NCBI GenBank assembly: GCA_963663235.2
Contig: CAXXNO010000004.1
Span: 1-64,000 of the forward strand
Length of the DNA: 64,000 nt
Direction of reading: 5' to 3'
Source of the DNA: Dehalococcoidia bacterium
GTDB taxonomy: Bacteria; Chloroflexota; Dehalococcoidia; Bin125
The notes under the pieces: generated by a model
What the model was told of the DNA's origin: nothing
Database searches by the model: none
The model's input: only the letters and a program-made list of their open reading frames with translations
Shown: positions 60,853 through 64,000 of the stretch, in pieces
Layout of the letters: the number at the start of each line of letters is the position of its first letter
Position numbering within the stretch: the stretch's first letter is position 1
Translations under genes and position numbers: made by a program

Positions 60853-61890
60853 TCACAGGTCGGTCTTCCATTCACCTGCGGCGTTGATCTTGCACGTTTC
60901 CGGAATCACCTCCCGTCCGAACCACTCCACCTGTTCGCACAGTTCCGCCATGGTGCCGCTCGGACAGGCGAGCAGGCAGACCACCAACGAATAGCCAGCG
61001 GCGGCGAGCCGCTCTAGGTCCACCAGGATCTGCTCGGCGGTGCCATGACAGAGGGGCCGGGGATCCGCATCAACGACCGGACCGTTGGTCCCACAGATCC
61101 GCGCGGCGATACACGTCGACATAGTGAAGTCCGAGAGGTCGCGACCGATCCGATCAGCCTCTCGCCGGACCTCGTCTTGCAGGGCGACGAAGCGGTCCGG
61201 ATCCGGGAAAGCGTCCACCATTTCCGGGAGGAAACCGTCGCAGTGGCGCGCCGCCCGCCGCGCTCCGGCCTTGGAGACGCTGCCCAGGACGATCGGCGGA
61301 TGCGGATCCTGGATCGGCTTTGGGTCCATCGAGAGGTTATCGAAGGTATAGAACTCGCCGTGGAAGGAGACGACCTCATCCGTCCAGGCGCGCTTGTAGA
61401 TCTGGATGCACTCTTCGGACATCGCGCCGCGGGCCTCGTATGGGATCCCGAGCGCGTCGAACTCTTCCCGCAGCCAACCGGCGCCCGTACCCAGAATCAC
61501 CCGGCCACCAGACAGCACGTCCACCGTGGCGAACTGCCGGGCATCGTTGAGCGGACCGCGATATGGGCCGATCAAAACCCCGGACGCGAGCTTGATCCGC
61601 TCGGTGGCGACAGCCGCGGCGCCCATCACGACGGCCGCGTCCAGCATGTTGGCGCCAGGCGGATACGGGCTCTCGCCGCTCGCGGGGTTCCCGGGATAGA
61701 CTCGCGAGCCGCCAGCCGCCCCGGGAATTGCGACATGATCGCCGAACCAGACGGAGTGGTAGCCCAAGCGCTCCGCCTGCTGCGCAAGCTGTACCGGCCG
61801 CATCTCCGTGGCAGGGACGATCTGGAGAAAATAATCCGCACCGCGGTGCATCAGCAGCCCGTGTGTATTCGAAAAGAGGCCGATGTTCAT
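60853..61890 (-). CDS. F420-dependent LLM oxidoreductase (Rv2161c-like)
   Basis: SVWFGDHV, ATVDVLSGGR, GAGWLREEFDALG, PKPIQDPHPP. Confidence 0.9.
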   Translation of the reverse strand: MNIGLFSNTHGLLMHRGADYFLQIVPATEMRPVQLAQQAERLGYHSVWFGDHVAIPGAAGGSRVYPGNPASGESPYPPGANMLDAAVVMGAAAVATERIKLASGVLIGPYRGPLNDARQFATVDVLSGGRVILGTGAGWLREEFDALGIPYEARGAMSEECIQIYKRAWTDEVVSFHGEFYTFDNLSMDPKPIQDPHPPIVLGSVSKAGARRAARHCDGFLPEMVDAFPDPDRFVALQDEVRREADRIGRDLSDFTMSTCIAARICGTNGPVVDADPRPLCHGTAEQILVDLERLAAAGYSLVVCLLACPSGTMAELCEQVEWFGREVIPETCKINAAGEWKTDL

Positions 61891-62055
61891 CACAGCGGGC
61901 TTCTTCTCACCTCATCGGCCGCATGAACCACTTCTGTTTGCCCGTCTGTCATCGCCCGCGGCCGTGAGCGTCCGGGCCTGAGGGATCGTCTCGGCTTCGA
62001 ACCGTCCGCCCTTCTCCCCGCGCGCGTCGGCGCCGCGCCGCGCCAGCTCGTGCGC

Positions 62056-63114
62056 TCAGGCGGCCGCGTCGGGAGTAGTCTCCGTGTAGTCTGCCTTCCA
62101 CTCGCCGGAGGCCCGGATCTTCTTCGCCTGTGGCAGCAGCTCCCGCCCTGCCCGGTCGATCTGTTCCTCCAGCTCATCCACTGAGCCCGAAGGGCAGTCG
62201 AAGTGCAAGATCATCAGCCCGTAACCGGCTCCGGCGAACTTCTCCAGGTCTTCCAACACCTGCTCCACGGTCCCCGCGCACGTCCAGCGCGGGGACTTCT
62301 TGGCCAACTCGTGGTCGGCATTCGTCAGGTGCGCGCTCTGGCAGCCGACCATCCAGAAGGCGGAGAGATCCTTGCCAATCTCCGCCGCCTCCCGCCGGAT
62401 GATGTCCTGCAAGGGGTCGTAGCGATGCGGGTCGGAGTACGGGTCTAAGAAGATGGGGAAGAAGCCATCGCACAAGCGCGCGGCGCGGCGCGCGCCCGCG
62501 CGGGAGATGCCGCCGAAGATGATCGGCGGACGCGGCTTCTGCACCGGTTTGGGATCCATTGAGAGATCGTCGAAGTTGTAGTACTCGCCGTGGAAGGACA
62601 CGACATCGTCGGTCCAGGAGCGCTTGTAGATCTCGATGCATTCCTCGGTCATCTTGCCCCGGCCGTCGTAGTCTAGGCCAAGCGCGTCGAACTCCTCCTT
62701 GGCCCAGCCAGCCCCCACGCCCATGATCACGCGGCCGTTGGACAGCACGTCGATGGTCGCGAACTGGCGGGCGTCGTTCAGCGGGCCGCGGTACGGCGCG
62801 ATCAGTACCGATGGCGACATGCGGATCCGGCTTGTGCTCGCCGCGATCGCGCCCATGACCACCGCGCCGTCCATCATCGTGGGGCGGGGCGGGTAGGCCC
62901 GCGTGCGTGTCTCCGGGTTGGCCACGTGGCCGCTTTCCGATTCCAGCGGGAGCGTGACGTGGTCGGAGAACCAGAGGGAGTGGAAGCCGTGCTGCTCGGC
63001 CAATTGCGCGATCTTCACGGGCCGCAACGCTGTGGCTGGCGTCGGCTGCAAGAACCAGTCGTGGTCGTCCCGGCGCCCCAGCCCATGCGTGTCCATGAAG
63101 AGCGCTATCTCCAT
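62056..63114 (-). CDS. F420-dependent LLM oxidoreductase (paralogue)
   Basis: SLWFSDHV, DVLSNGR, GAGWAKEEF, PKPVQKPRPP. Confidence 0.9.
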   Translation of the reverse strand: MEIALFMDTHGLGRRDDHDWFLQPTPATALRPVKIAQLAEQHGFHSLWFSDHVTLPLESESGHVANPETRTRAYPPRPTMMDGAVVMGAIAASTSRIRMSPSVLIAPYRGPLNDARQFATIDVLSNGRVIMGVGAGWAKEEFDALGLDYDGRGKMTEECIEIYKRSWTDDVVSFHGEYYNFDDLSMDPKPVQKPRPPIIFGGISRAGARRAARLCDGFFPIFLDPYSDPHRYDPLQDIIRREAAEIGKDLSAFWMVGCQSAHLTNADHELAKKSPRWTCAGTVEQVLEDLEKFAGAGYGLMILHFDCPSGSVDELEEQIDRAGRELLPQAKKIRASGEWKADYTETTPDAAA

Positions 63115-63260
63115 CGGTCCGTCACCCCTCACATTCCCCGGTACGGTCGGGCCGCTACGTTCAATTCGTCGTTTAGCCAGCGACGACTGCCGCGCGAGGC
63201 TAAGGGAAGTCCCGATGCCTGACAAGTGGCGAGCGGCGGCGGCGCAGCCATGAGGCCACC

Positions 63261-64000
63261 CTAGACGCTCTGCTTCCAGCCACCGGCGGGCTGGATGAAT
63301 CTGGCGTGCGGAATCACTTCCGCTCCGATCCGCTCGACCTGCTCCTCCAGCTCCGCGACCTGCCCGGACGGGCAGTCGAAGATGAACACCACCAGCGAGT
63401 AGCCGGCATCCGCATAGCGCTGCAGGTCCGAGAGAATCTGATCAGGGGTCCCTGTGCAGATCTTGCGCGGGCTGCGCTGGGCTTCGGGGTCGTCGGCGTC
63501 GGTGACACGGACAGAGGAGATGCAGAGCATGGAGAACTCGCCGGGATCCTTCTTGGCGGCATCCAGCTCGCTGCGGATGATGTCCTGCAGCGGTGCGAAT
63601 CGATGCGGGTCGGCCCACGGGTCGAGGAAGATTGGGTAGAACCCGTCGCACAACTGGGCCGCCCGACGGGCCCCCGCCGGCACCACGCTCCCGAAGACGA
63701 TCGGCGGCCGCGGCTTCTGCACCGGCTTGGGATCCATGGACAAGTTGTCGAATTTGTAGTGCTTGCCCTGGTAGGCGACGACGTCGTCCGTCCAGGAGCG
63801 CTTGTAGATCTCGATGCACTCCTCGGTCATGGCGCCGCGATCCTCGTAGGGGAGGTCGAGGGCTTCGAACTCTTCCGCCAGCCAGCCGGCGCCCACGCCG
63901 AGGATGAGGCGGCCGGCGGAGAGGACGTCGATGGTGGCGAACTGCCGCGCGTCATTGAGCGGACCGCGATAGGGGGCGATGAGGACCGACGTGCCCAGCC
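63261..64000 (-). CDS. F420-dependent LLM oxidoreductase (paralogue, 5' end outside the window)
   Basis: APYRGPLNDARQFATIDVLSAGR, GAGWLAEEF. Confidence 0.88.
   Translation of the reverse strand, partial: LGTSVLIAPYRGPLNDARQFATIDVLSAGRLILGVGAGWLAEEFEALDLPYEDRGAMTEECIEIYKRSWTDDVVAYQGKHYKFDNLSMDPKPVQKPRPPIVFGSVVPAGARRAAQLCDGFYPIFLDPWADPHRFAPLQDIIRSELDAAKKDPGEFSMLCISSVRVTDADDPEAQRSPRKICTGTPDQILSDLQRYADAGYSLVVFIFDCPSGQVAELEEQVERIGAEVIPHARFIQPAGGWKQSV

Overview
High-GC (roughly two-thirds G+C) bacterial window. Gene content (tandem F420/LLM oxidoreductases, amidases, SDRs, ABC importers, aldehyde:ferredoxin oxidoreductase, LPXTG surface proteins) suggests Chloroflexota/Dehalococcoidia; this assignment is inference. 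Bases 1-6423 are an inverted, near-identical copy of 49293-55715, and the copy ends exactly at an IS6 end inside pckA. 6-20 kb is intact metabolism: pckA, a TPP-riboswitch-controlled ThiXYZ-type transporter, an AOR cluster, an unannotated UGA-readthrough UxxC selenoprotein with a SECIS-like hairpin, and a ThDP enzyme. 20-49 kb is a decayed island: two IS3 and four IS6 elements, two tRNA-Gly 3' half att scars, integrase/recombinase/phage/defence remnants, an orphan 4-repeat CRISPR array, surface proteins and a Liv-type ABC transporter. The most unusual signal is a strongly directional A:T->C:G transversion load on one IS3 copy, with weaker traces on other dead DNA. All alignments and counts were done by eye; no database searches were run.
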